Assembly: GCF_049472155.1 (NCBI RefSeq)
Contig: NZ_JBMOVW010000009.1
Coordinates: 24,755-48,754, forward strand
DNA length: 24,000 nucleotides
Source of the DNA: Arcobacter sp. YIC-310
GTDB taxonomy: Bacteria > Campylobacterota > Campylobacteria > Campylobacterales > Arcobacteraceae
Direction of reading: 5' to 3'
A program made the position numbers and the translations under genes. The stretch's first letter is position 1; the number at the start of each line of letters is the position of its first letter. Shown piece by piece: positions 16,116-24,000 of this stretch. The notes under the pieces were generated by a model. That model was not told the DNA's origin and did not search any database. It saw nothing but the letters and a program-made list of their open reading frames with translations.

Positions 16116-18762
16116 TCAAAATGAAAAGAATATAGTTTATAAACCAAAAGAAGAAAAAAGTAAAAGAGCTGTTTCTTTTATTTGGATTTTACCTTTAATT
16201 ATTTTAGGTATTTTATCATGGATTGCCTATGAGTCTTATATGAAAAAAGGTACAAACATTGAAGTTGTTTTTAAAAGTGCAGAAGGACTTAAAGAAAATG
16301 TAACACCCTTAGAATATAAAGGACTTCAACTTGGTAAAGTAACCAATATTAAACTTCATGAAGATTTAAAAAGTGTAAAGGTAAATATTCTTGTAAAAAA
16401 TGAAGTTGCTAAATATGTAGCAAGTGAAAGCTCAAGATTTTACATAAAAAGACCAACTATTTCTCTTACTAAAGTTTCTGGTTTAAGTACATTGATTAGT
16501 GGTTTTAAAATAGAAATATCGCCTAAATTTAGAACAAAAGAAGAGTTTGAAAAAGGAAAAGAGAAATTTATTTTTGAAGGACTTGATAGTAGGCCAGATG
16601 ATGAACTATCTGCTGATGGGTATTATATAACTTTGTTAGTCAATGATAAAGAAAACTTGGAAGTTGGAACACCTATTTTTTATAATCAGTATCAAATAGG
16701 AGAGGTTGTATCAAAAGAGTTTAAAGCTGAAAAGGCATTTTTAAATGCTTATATTTATGATAAGTTTAATTATCTAGTAAATACAAGCTCTAAATTTGTA
16801 ATGAATAGTGCTTTAAAAGTAAACTATGGGCCTAGTGGATTAAATGTACAATTAGGCTCACTTTATTCTGCGATAGTTGGTGGTATTACTATTGTAACAC
16901 CACAAAAAGATGCTAAAAAAATAAAAAGAGATGATGTTCATTTACTTTATACAAGTAAAGATGACTTTAAAGAGAAAAAATACTTTCATATAAAATTCGC
17001 AAATGCAAGTGGAATAGGTGAAAATACACCTATAATTTATAAGGGTATAACAGTTGGAAAAATAGTTGAATTAAGACTTACAAGTGAAGATATTTCAACA
17101 AAAGCATTTATTTATGATGAGTATAAATACTTACTTACTTCAAATACAGACTTTTTTATAAAAAGACCAAAAGTAAGTATAGATGGAATAGAAGATCTTG
17201 GAAATATAGTAAAAGGAGATTATGTTTCTTTAGATTATAAAAAAGGAGATTTTCAAGACCTTTTTATAGCTAAAGATTATCAGGAAATAAAAGAGAGTTT
17301 AGATAATAAAATCATAACCTTATATGCGAAAGATTTAAATTCTATTACAAAGAAATCAAAACTATATTTTAAAAATATTCCTATTGGAAAAGTTGTAGAT
17401 TATGATTTTACAAATAATTTTAAAAAAGTAAAAATAAAAGTAGCACTTGATAAAAGATATGAAAATATAGTAAATGATCATACCTTATTTTATGATATGA
17501 GTTCAAAACTTTTAGATATTAAAGCTTTAGATTTAGATATAAATTATAGTGGATTTGAGCCACTAATAAATGGTGCTATTGGTATATTAAGTGAAAAAAG
17601 AACTCAAAAACTTTCAAAAGATAGCTTTAAACTTTATGAAAATTATAAAGATGTAAGGGATTTAAAAAGGGTTTATAATAAGGGAAGTTTATATACAGCC
17701 TATTTTGATAATAGTTTTTTAGTAGAAAAGTCAATGGCTGTAGTTTATCAAAATAGAGAAATAGGTTTTGTAAAGTCAATAGATTTTGATGAAAATCAGT
17801 CAAAAGCAAAACTTTTTATTTATAAGAAGTTTAAAAAGTATATAAACAACACAAGCGCTTTTTATAAAAAATCAAAGCTTGATTTTAAAGCAAGTTTAAA
17901 TGGTGTAAATCTAAATATTGATAATTTCACTTCTTTTTTAGAAGGTTCAATTCATTTAGAAAGTAATACAGATACAAAATATACAAAAAGAAAAATATTC
18001 AGCTCTTATGATGAGTTGAAAAATAGTTCAAATAGTATAAGCATTATTTTTGATGATGTTGAGGGTTTACATGAGGAGTTTTCAAAACTTATTTTTAAAG
18101 GTGTAAAGATAGGAAAAGTAACTAATATATTTTTAAATAAACAACAAAAAGCAGTAGTTAAAGCACAGATTTTTAAAGACTATGAAAAATTTGCTAAAAA
18201 AGGAACTATTTTTTATCTAAAAAAACCAGTTATATCTTTACAGCAAGTATCAGATGTAGGTTCAGCTTTAATGGCTGTAAATATAGGTGTAGAAACCTCA
18301 AAAGCTAAAAATATATTTGAAAATTCATTTGCTGGTTTTGATAAACTACCACCTATAGATAAAACACATAAAGGAATTACTTTTAAAGTAAATTCTATTC
18401 ATGCTTCAAAAGCTGGTCTTAATGCACCTATTTATTATAAATTTGTGCAAATAGGAAAAATACATAAAAAAGAGCTCTCATCTGATGGTTCAAAAGTTAT
18501 ATTACATTGTCAAATTGATAATAGATATACAAGTTTAGTTAGAAAAAATTCTAAGTTTTATGATATAAGTGGTTTTAACGTTAAGTTTTCTATTTTTTCT
18601 GGTTCAAAAGTAGAATCAAATACTTTTACAAGTATTTTAAAAGGTGGATTAGTTCTTGTAACACCAGAAGATTATACCCAAAAAGCTAGTTCTAAAGATG
18701 AATTTAATCTAATAGAAGAACTACCAGATGGTTGGGATAAAATCACTCCTAATATAAAATAA
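16108..18762 (+). CDS. LetB/YebT-like multi-MCE-domain protein (N-terminal TM anchor plus seven tandem MCE domains)
   Basis: The gene overlaps pqiA-2 by 8 nt. The TM helix is VSFIWILPLIILGILSWIAY. An MCE-like core repeats seven times at roughly 120-aa spacing: YKGLQLGKVTNI, YNQYQIGEVVSK, YKGITVGKIVEL, FKNIPIGKVVDY, YQNREIGFVKSI, FKGVKIGKVTNI, YKFVQIGKIHKK. Confidence 0.9.
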   Translation: MSSQNEKNIVYKPKEEKSKRAVSFIWILPLIILGILSWIAYESYMKKGTNIEVVFKSAEGLKENVTPLEYKGLQLGKVTNIKLHEDLKSVKVNILVKNEVAKYVASESSRFYIKRPTISLTKVSGLSTLISGFKIEISPKFRTKEEFEKGKEKFIFEGLDSRPDDELSADGYYITLLVNDKENLEVGTPIFYNQYQIGEVVSKEFKAEKAFLNAYIYDKFNYLVNTSSKFVMNSALKVNYGPSGLNVQLGSLYSAIVGGITIVTPQKDAKKIKRDDVHLLYTSKDDFKEKKYFHIKFANASGIGENTPIIYKGITVGKIVELRLTSEDISTKAFIYDEYKYLLTSNTDFFIKRPKVSIDGIEDLGNIVKGDYVSLDYKKGDFQDLFIAKDYQEIKESLDNKIITLYAKDLNSITKKSKLYFKNIPIGKVVDYDFTNNFKKVKIKVALDKRYENIVNDHTLFYDMSSKLLDIKALDLDINYSGFEPLINGAIGILSEKRTQKLSKDSFKLYENYKDVRDLKRVYNKGSLYTAYFDNSFLVEKSMAVVYQNREIGFVKSIDFDENQSKAKLFIYKKFKKYINNTSAFYKKSKLDFKASLNGVNLNIDNFTSFLEGSIHLESNTDTKYTKRKIFSSYDELKNSSNSISIIFDDVEGLHEEFSKLIFKGVKIGKVTNIFLNKQQKAVVKAQIFKDYEKFAKKGTIFYLKKPVISLQQVSDVGSALMAVNIGVETSKAKNIFENSFAGFDKLPPIDKTHKGITFKVNSIHASKAGLNAPIYYKFVQIGKIHKKELSSDGSKVILHCQIDNRYTSLVRKNSKFYDISGFNVKFSIFSGSKVESNTFTSILKGGLVLVTPEDYTQKASSKDEFNLIEELPDGWDKITPNIK

Positions 18763-18763
18763 A

Positions 18764-18797
18764 AAAAGAAGAGCTACATCTCTTCTTTTGCTTTTTT
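18764..18797. terminator. Bidirectional hairpin terminator between convergent letB-like and SDR genes
   Basis: AAAAGAAGAG (18764-18773) and CTCTTCTTTT (18780-18789) form a perfect 10-bp stem with a 6-nt loop. An A-run precedes it and TTTTGCTTTTTT follows. The 3' arm overlaps the last codons of the - strand gene. Confidence 0.7.
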
Positions 18798-20198
18798 AAC
18801 AATACTCTCTATCATATTTGTAAATACAAAATAATGAAGAGGTACAAGTGCATACCAATACAATCTTCCAAAAACACCTTTTGGATAGAAGTAGGCTGAC
18901 TGTATAAGTTTTTCATCATCTATTTTGAACTCTAACCAAGCAGTTCCTGGTAATTTCATTTGTGCAAAAAGTAATAGTCTTTTATTTTCTTGTACATCAA
19001 CAACCTTCCAAAAGTCTAAACTATCACCAACTCTTAAGTTATCTTGGTCTCTTCTTCCTCTTTTTAAACCAACTCCACCAATCATTTTATCAATAACACC
19101 TCTAATTTTCCAAAGAAAATCATAATCAAACCATCCCTTTTTACCACCAATAGAAATAAAAGACTTATAAATATTCTCTTTAGAAACTTCTTTATAATGA
19201 ACTATTTTTCTATCAACAAATATAGCATCTGCTAAATCTTTTGTATGGTCTTTATCCCAAGCCTTTCCAAACCTATCACTCCATCTACTGATTACTTGAT
19301 TTTTTTCAATCTCTTCTACAGCTTTTTTTACAGCATTTAAATATGAAATTGGTTTTATATGTGGGAAATATTTTTTTGCATTGTCATTTTGTATTATAAC
19401 TTCTGATTTTAAGCCCTCAATTAAAGCTTTAGCAACACCAAATCTAACAGGAGTAAATAGATTTAGCCAATAAGATGACAAGGTAATAGATAAGAAAGGA
19501 AGAGGAATAATATATCTTTTTAAATTTAAAGCTTCTGCTGTTTTCAACATCATCTCTTTATAAGTTAACTGTTCAGCTCCCACATCAATAACAAGATTTT
19601 TTTCTTCTTTTAAATAAATTGATTCATATAAGTAACTCAATACATCAGAAATAGCAATTGGTTGGGCTTTTGTATCTACCCATTTTGGAGTTGTCATAAC
19701 TGGAAGTTTTTCTGTTAAGTTTCTAATGATTTCAAAGCTTGTACTTCCTGAACCAATAATAACACCAGCTCTCACCCAAATAGTTTGAACTTTTGGATTT
19801 GAACTTAAAACCTGTCCTGTTTCAAGTCGGCTAAGAAGATGTTCACTTGTGTTTTCATTTTCAACTCCAAGCCCACCTAAATAAATAATTCTTTTTACCC
19901 CACAAGAAGCTGCAATATCAACAAAGTTTTGGGCTGAAATTTTGTCAAGGTTTTTATAATCTTTTCTGTTTAGTGAATGAATCATATAAAATGCAGTATG
20001 AACTCCCTCAAGGGCTTTTTTTAAAGCTTCTTTATCAAAAGTATCACCTTCTACTATTTCTATTTTTTTTGGGTCTTTTAAGGTAACTGATTGTTTATTT
20101 CTAACAAAAAGACGTAAATTTATGTTTTCATCTGCTAGTAGTTTATGTTTTAATCTTCTACCTATATATCCTGTTGAGCCTGTTAATAATACTTTCAT
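18774..20198 (-). CDS. NAD(P)-binding SDR/NmrA-like protein fused to a C-terminal DUF2867 domain
   Basis: The N-terminus MKVLLTGSTGYIGRRL is a Rossmann G-x-x-G-x-x-G motif. The C-terminus DFWKVVDVQENKRLLLFAQMKLPGTAWLEFKID...FYPKGVFGRLYWYALVPLHYFVF matches the DUF2867 pattern as I remember it. Confidence 0.85.
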   Translation of the reverse strand: MKVLLTGSTGYIGRRLKHKLLADENINLRLFVRNKQSVTLKDPKKIEIVEGDTFDKEALKKALEGVHTAFYMIHSLNRKDYKNLDKISAQNFVDIAASCGVKRIIYLGGLGVENENTSEHLLSRLETGQVLSSNPKVQTIWVRAGVIIGSGSTSFEIIRNLTEKLPVMTTPKWVDTKAQPIAISDVLSYLYESIYLKEEKNLVIDVGAEQLTYKEMMLKTAEALNLKRYIIPLPFLSITLSSYWLNLFTPVRFGVAKALIEGLKSEVIIQNDNAKKYFPHIKPISYLNAVKKAVEEIEKNQVISRWSDRFGKAWDKDHTKDLADAIFVDRKIVHYKEVSKENIYKSFISIGGKKGWFDYDFLWKIRGVIDKMIGGVGLKRGRRDQDNLRVGDSLDFWKVVDVQENKRLLLFAQMKLPGTAWLEFKIDDEKLIQSAYFYPKGVFGRLYWYALVPLHYFVFTNMIESIVKKAKEEM

Positions 20199-20288
20199 TA
20201 TATATCCTTTTAACAGTTTTAATTATTTTAACATTATTTTTTGTATTTTGATAGAGTTGTTATGTATGAATAAGAGGATTTAATCCTC

Positions 20289-22166
20289 TTATTTTATATA
20301 GTTTTCTTTTTTATCTTCTGTATCTAACTCTTGACCAATTTCTTGGTATCTTTTGAAGTAGTATTTTACAAATGAGTTGATTTTTTTGTTTACTGGCATG
20401 AAGTATTTTTCTTCTTTTACTGCGTATTGATTTAAGAACTGTGTTGCGTCTTTTTTATCAAGGTAGTGTTTTGCTAAATCAGTGTAAGTTTGAATATACC
20501 ACTTTTTAAGTGCTTCGTGTTTTTCATCACTCATATTAACGATTAGGTTTTTCTCATCCCAATCTAAAATGCCACTATCAAAAAGTCCAGCTAAATGAAT
20601 AAGCCCTTCACAATAGTATGGTTGAACTTCATCTACTTCCATCCATCCCATAAGTCCAACAGCTCTTTTTACTGTGTCAATAAGTACTTGTCTTTCAAGC
20701 TCTTTTTCATCATCTTGTTCATCTAAGAAAAATGAAACTAATCCACCTGTTGTAGCTTTGAACTCTTCTATATTTTTGAAGTTTCCTGTTTTATTCATAG
20801 CTGATTCTGTTTCATCATCACACCATAAAATATGACCAAACTCATGCCCAATAGTAGTGATATCGTAAACTTGATGCCATTTTGAAGTTTCATTGAAAAG
20901 GAAAGTTCTATCTTCTGTAAGTAACTCTTGTCCAAAAGTCTCTTTTGAGATTTTTAAAAATGGCTTTGCACGACTGCTTTGAAGTATTTCATCACTAAAG
21001 GCAAAGATTTTTTTACCTTCTTCTTTTGAAACTATCTCATCATTTGGTACAACTTGGGCTGAAAATAGTCCATTGAACTCAGCTCCAAAAAACACAGCAG
21101 GTCTTCCTATATAAAGTTGAACTTTATCAAGTGATTTTAGTGAGAAGTCATAGATGTTTTTGTACTCTTGCGTTTGCTCAATTCTATCAAATACTTTTGC
21201 AAAAGCTGATTTGATTTTTGTTACTCTGTGGTCATTTTGTGCAAACTGTGGGTTTGAAAGTCTTATATCCCACTCAAGAGCTACTGCTTTTCTAAAGTGA
21301 TCTTCATAGTACTCTAAAGGGTGTCCTATTTGAATTGGTGCTTTTACTTTCATCCAAGCTCTATCTACATCTGCCCATTTTGCTACTAGTTTATGCTCTT
21401 TGTCCTCACTAAAGGCTTTGATTAGTGATTGGATATATAAAATATAGTTCCATTTCTCACCATATACATCATCTTCAAGCTCAATTAGTTTTTCTTCAAA
21501 ATCTTCAAGTTCATCTATTACAGCTGTTGTTTGCTCTTTGAAAGCTTTGATATATGCCTGTGATTTGTAATCCTCTTTTTGTTTTACAAGTGCTGAGTAT
21601 GATCTATCTGCTATCATATCGTTGTGACCTAAGTCATAAAGATGATTATTCTCTAAGTATTCATATACTTTTGACTCATCACCATCAAATTTAGCTAATA
21701 ACTCTTTATTTATACCATTTATAATATGTGCAGTCCAGGCACTTTGCCATGAAGACATTTTTAGACCTACATTGTAAACACCTTGGAAAATCTCTTGGTA
21801 AAAAGGAGTTAGTAAGTTGTTATTTTTGATGTAATCAACTGTATTTTTATGCTTTTCATGCCAAAAGTCTCTTACAAAGCAGTATGCTTTTTCTTGAAGT
21901 TCTATAATCTCTTCTTCACTTTTTTCGTACTTTTTAAGTACTTGAACAAGTGAATCATCTCTTAAACTTACAAGTCTAGTAACAAGTGCAAATCTTAAAT
22001 CATCTTTCATATCTAAGTTTAAGTTTTTAGCAAACTCATCTATGATAGTTAGTTTTTCATAATCTTTATTTTCTAAGTGTGATATTAGTTTATTTATATT
22101 TGATTTTTGAGCATCTAAGTACTCATATACTTCATTTAAATCTTCTAAAAATTTGTTTTTATCCAA
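20289..22166 (-). CDS. Uncharacterised 625-aa protein with an HExxH zinc-metallopeptidase-like motif (gluzincin-like spacing)
   Basis: The long ORF has no competing frames. It contains TTIGHEFGHILW, then NIEEFKATTGGL about 25 residues downstream, a possible third-ligand Glu as in thermolysin/M3-type gluzincins. There is no signal peptide or TM helix. I could not place it in a family by eye. Confidence 0.55.
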   Translation of the reverse strand: MDKNKFLEDLNEVYEYLDAQKSNINKLISHLENKDYEKLTIIDEFAKNLNLDMKDDLRFALVTRLVSLRDDSLVQVLKKYEKSEEEIIELQEKAYCFVRDFWHEKHKNTVDYIKNNNLLTPFYQEIFQGVYNVGLKMSSWQSAWTAHIINGINKELLAKFDGDESKVYEYLENNHLYDLGHNDMIADRSYSALVKQKEDYKSQAYIKAFKEQTTAVIDELEDFEEKLIELEDDVYGEKWNYILYIQSLIKAFSEDKEHKLVAKWADVDRAWMKVKAPIQIGHPLEYYEDHFRKAVALEWDIRLSNPQFAQNDHRVTKIKSAFAKVFDRIEQTQEYKNIYDFSLKSLDKVQLYIGRPAVFFGAEFNGLFSAQVVPNDEIVSKEEGKKIFAFSDEILQSSRAKPFLKISKETFGQELLTEDRTFLFNETSKWHQVYDITTIGHEFGHILWCDDETESAMNKTGNFKNIEEFKATTGGLVSFFLDEQDDEKELERQVLIDTVKRAVGLMGWMEVDEVQPYYCEGLIHLAGLFDSGILDWDEKNLIVNMSDEKHEALKKWYIQTYTDLAKHYLDKKDATQFLNQYAVKEEKYFMPVNKKINSFVKYYFKRYQEIGQELDTEDKKENYIK

Positions 22167-22232
22167 AATTTTATCCTTTAGTTTATCTATTTTGTAAGTC
22201 TATCTATTTATATCTTTTTTTTATATAATAAA

Positions 22233-22607
22233 TTAAAATTTATTTTTTAAAAAGTAAGATATAGCAAGTATACCTAATATCACTAAAGGTGTAATAACTT
22301 TGTCAACTGAATCCCCAACAGCAAAATGTGAATATGAAGCAGCAATAAAATCAAAAGTAAAACCTGCATAAGCCCACTGTTTTATTGTAGAAAAATTTCT
22401 AGGTAAAAGTAAAGCAATAGCTCCTAAGATTTTGAATACTCCAAGCATAGGGAAAAAGTATAGTGGGTATTGTAAGGTTTTATTTACTTCAAAAACAGCA
22501 TTTGTTTGAAGTATATCTACTATTCCACCATAAAAACCAACAAGTAAAGCAATAAACAAAGTTGTCGCATAATAAATACTTTTTTTATTTATAATATTTC
22601 CTAACAT
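22233..22607 (-). CDS. DoxX-like family small integral membrane protein (4 TM helices)
   Basis: This 124-aa protein has four hydrophobic helices. MLGVFKILGAIALLLPR and WAYAGFTFDFIAASYSH resemble DoxX-like proteins. Confidence 0.6.
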   Translation of the reverse strand: MLGNIINKKSIYYATTLFIALLVGFYGGIVDILQTNAVFEVNKTLQYPLYFFPMLGVFKILGAIALLLPRNFSTIKQWAYAGFTFDFIAASYSHFAVGDSVDKVITPLVILGILAISYFLKNKF

Positions 22608-22686
22608 CTTGAGTCCTTTTTATAATTAATAAATAATTATATTTTAATTTTGTTTAACAAATGTAAAGTTGAAAAAGTATATAAAA

Positions 22687-22713
22687 TTAGCACTTGATTG
22701 ATAAAAGTGCTAA
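22687..22713. promoter_or_regulatory. CIRCE-type inverted repeat (HrcA operator) upstream of htpG
   Basis: TTAGCACTT-N9-AAGTGCTAA is a perfect 9-bp inverted repeat. It differs from the consensus TTAGCACTC-N9-GAGTGCTAA only at the innermost base pair. It lies 84 nt upstream of the htpG ATG and immediately follows a TAAAAT -10-like hexamer (22682-22687). Confidence 0.85.
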
Positions 22714-22796
22714 AATTTATCTAAACTTTAGCTTTCTTTTATAAAGTTTTGTTAAAATTATCAAAATAAAATTTAAAAATTATAGGAGAAATTAGA

Positions 22797-24000
22797 ATGG
22801 CAAAACATCAATTTCAGACAGAAGTAGGACAACTATTACATTTAATGACACACTCTTTATACTCAAATAAAGAGATTTTTATAAGAGAGTTAGTTTCAAA
22901 TGCAAGTGATGCAATTGATAAGTTAAACTATTTAAAATTAACTGATGATAAGTTAAAAGAACAATATGCAGATTGGTCAGGTGAGATTAATATCTCTTTT
23001 GATGAAGCTGATAAGTCTTTAACTATTATTGATAATGGTATTGGTATGAATGAAGAAGATTTAATCGCTTCTATTGGTACTATCGCAAAATCAGGAACAA
23101 AATCATTTGTTGAAGCCCTAACAGGTGATGCTAAAAAAGACTCAAACTTAATCGGACAGTTTGGTGTTGGTTTCTATTCTGTATTTATGGTAGCTTCAAA
23201 AGTAGACGTTATCTCTAAAAAAGCTGGTGAAGAAACTGCTTATAAGTGGTCTTCTGATGGTACTGGTGAGTTTGATTTATCACCTTGTACAAAAGAGTCT
23301 TCAGGAACTGTAATTTACATCAAACTTAAAGATGAAGAAGCAGAAGAATTCGCAAGTAAAGCAAGAATTGAAAATATTATTGGTAAATACTCAAACCACA
23401 TTGCTTACCCAATTTTCTTAAATTACAGTGAAGAAGTAGAAGAAAAGTTAAGCGAAGAAGATAAAAAAGCTGGAAAAGAAGCTAAAAAAACAGTTGAAAA
23501 AAGACATGAGAAAATCAACGAAGCAACAGCTTTATGGATGCAACCAAAATCAAAAGTAAAAGAAGAAGAGTACAACGACTTCTATAAATCAATCTCTCAT
23601 GATTCTCAAGATCCATTAGTTACTATTCATACAAAAGCAGAGGGTGTAAATGAGTACACTACACTTTTCTATATCCCTAAAACTGCACCTATGGATATGT
23701 ACAGAGCTGATTATCAACCAGGTGTTAAGCTTTATGTTAAAAGAGTATTTATTACTGATGATGAAAAAGAGTTATTACCAACTTACTTAAGATTTGTTAG
23801 AGGTATTATCGATAGTGAAGATTTACCATTAAATGTATCAAGAGAAATCTTACAAGAAAACAGAATTTTAGCAAACATCAAACAATCATCTGTTAAAAAG
23901 ATTTTATCTGAAATCAAAAAACTTTCTAAAGATGAAGAAAAGTATGCTGAATTTATTGAACAATACAACAGACCACTTAAAGAGGGTGCTTATCAAGACT
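22797..24000 (+). CDS. htpG: Molecular chaperone HtpG (Hsp90), N-terminal about 401 codons; continues beyond the window
   Basis: AGGAGA lies 7 nt upstream of the ATG at 22797. [53 protein letters not shown] and [24 protein letters not shown] are canonical Hsp90 motifs. The gene is absent from the ORF track because it has no stop codon inside the window. Confidence 0.95.
   Translation, partial: MAKHQFQTEVGQLLHLMTHSLYSNKEIFIRELVSNASDAIDKLNYLKLTDDKLKEQYADWSGEINISFDEADKSLTIIDNGIGMNEEDLIASIGTIAKSGTKSFVEALTGDAKKDSNLIGQFGVGFYSVFMVASKVDVISKKAGEETAYKWSSDGTGEFDLSPCTKESSGTVIYIKLKDEEAEEFASKARIENIIGKYSNHIAYPIFLNYSEEVEEKLSEEDKKAGKEAKKTVEKRHEKINEATALWMQPKSKVKEEEYNDFYKSISHDSQDPLVTIHTKAEGVNEYTTLFYIPKTAPMDMYRADYQPGVKLYVKRVFITDDEKELLPTYLRFVRGIIDSEDLPLNVSREILQENRILANIKQSSVKKILSEIKKLSKDEEKYAEFIEQYNRPLKEGAYQD

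Noticed and set aside
20269-20293. The inverted repeat AATAAGAGGAT-TTA-ATCCTCTTATT overlapping the stop codon of the HExxH gene, considered as its rho-independent terminator.
   Set aside because: The stem is good at 11 bp. On the - strand, however, it is followed by CATACATAAC rather than a U-tract. The T-rich run is on the + strand side, where no gene needs terminating. It may act as an RNA-stabilising hairpin or a weak terminator, but it is not confident enough to list as a feature.
1-24000. Mobile elements, a CRISPR array, tRNA or rRNA genes, phage or defence-island signatures.
   Set aside because: I saw no transposase, integrase or recombinase-like translations. I also saw no regularly spaced direct repeats, cloverleaf-capable conserved tRNA motifs or long terminal inverted repeats. 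Gene content looks like core or accessory metabolism and envelope functions.

Overview
This is an AT-rich chromosomal segment, roughly 27-30% GC by eye. Gene content and protein flavour suggest an Arcobacter-like member of the Campylobacterota, but that is inference only. I can support about 20 protein-coding genes, one riboswitch, one CIRCE operator and two clear hairpin terminators. I saw no rRNA, tRNA, CRISPR array, IS element or integrase.

Gene order:
- AraC-family regulator, 3' fragment
- LeuA-type 2-isopropylmalate synthase homolog that lacks the C-terminal regulatory domain
- cobalamin riboswitch
- exported, membrane-anchored CobN-like chelatase subunit (about 1450 aa), small MotA/TolQ/ExbB-like channel protein and DUF2149-like single-pass protein, tightly coupled
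- AlkC/AlkD-like DNA alkylation repair protein
- YbaK deacylase
- 1061-aa large NAD-glutamate dehydrogenase
- operon of a small membrane protein, a tandem SagB-type nitroreductase and an orphan OmpR-type response regulator
- group-II-like truncated globin (- strand)
- PqiA/LetA-like protein split into two genes, plus an 884-aa seven-MCE LetB-like protein
- SDR+DUF2867 protein (-)
- uncharacterised 625-aa HExxH protein (-)
- DoxX-like protein (-)
- CIRCE operator and the 5' two-thirds of htpG

The best candidate for an undescribed system is the B12-riboswitch-controlled CobN-like/ExbB-like/DUF2149 operon at about 1800-7193. Its architecture suggests an envelope-located metal (de)chelatase or corrinoid/cobalt scavenging machine energised by proton-motive force rather than by an AAA+ ATPase. 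All family assignments come from reading motifs in the translations. No database search was run.
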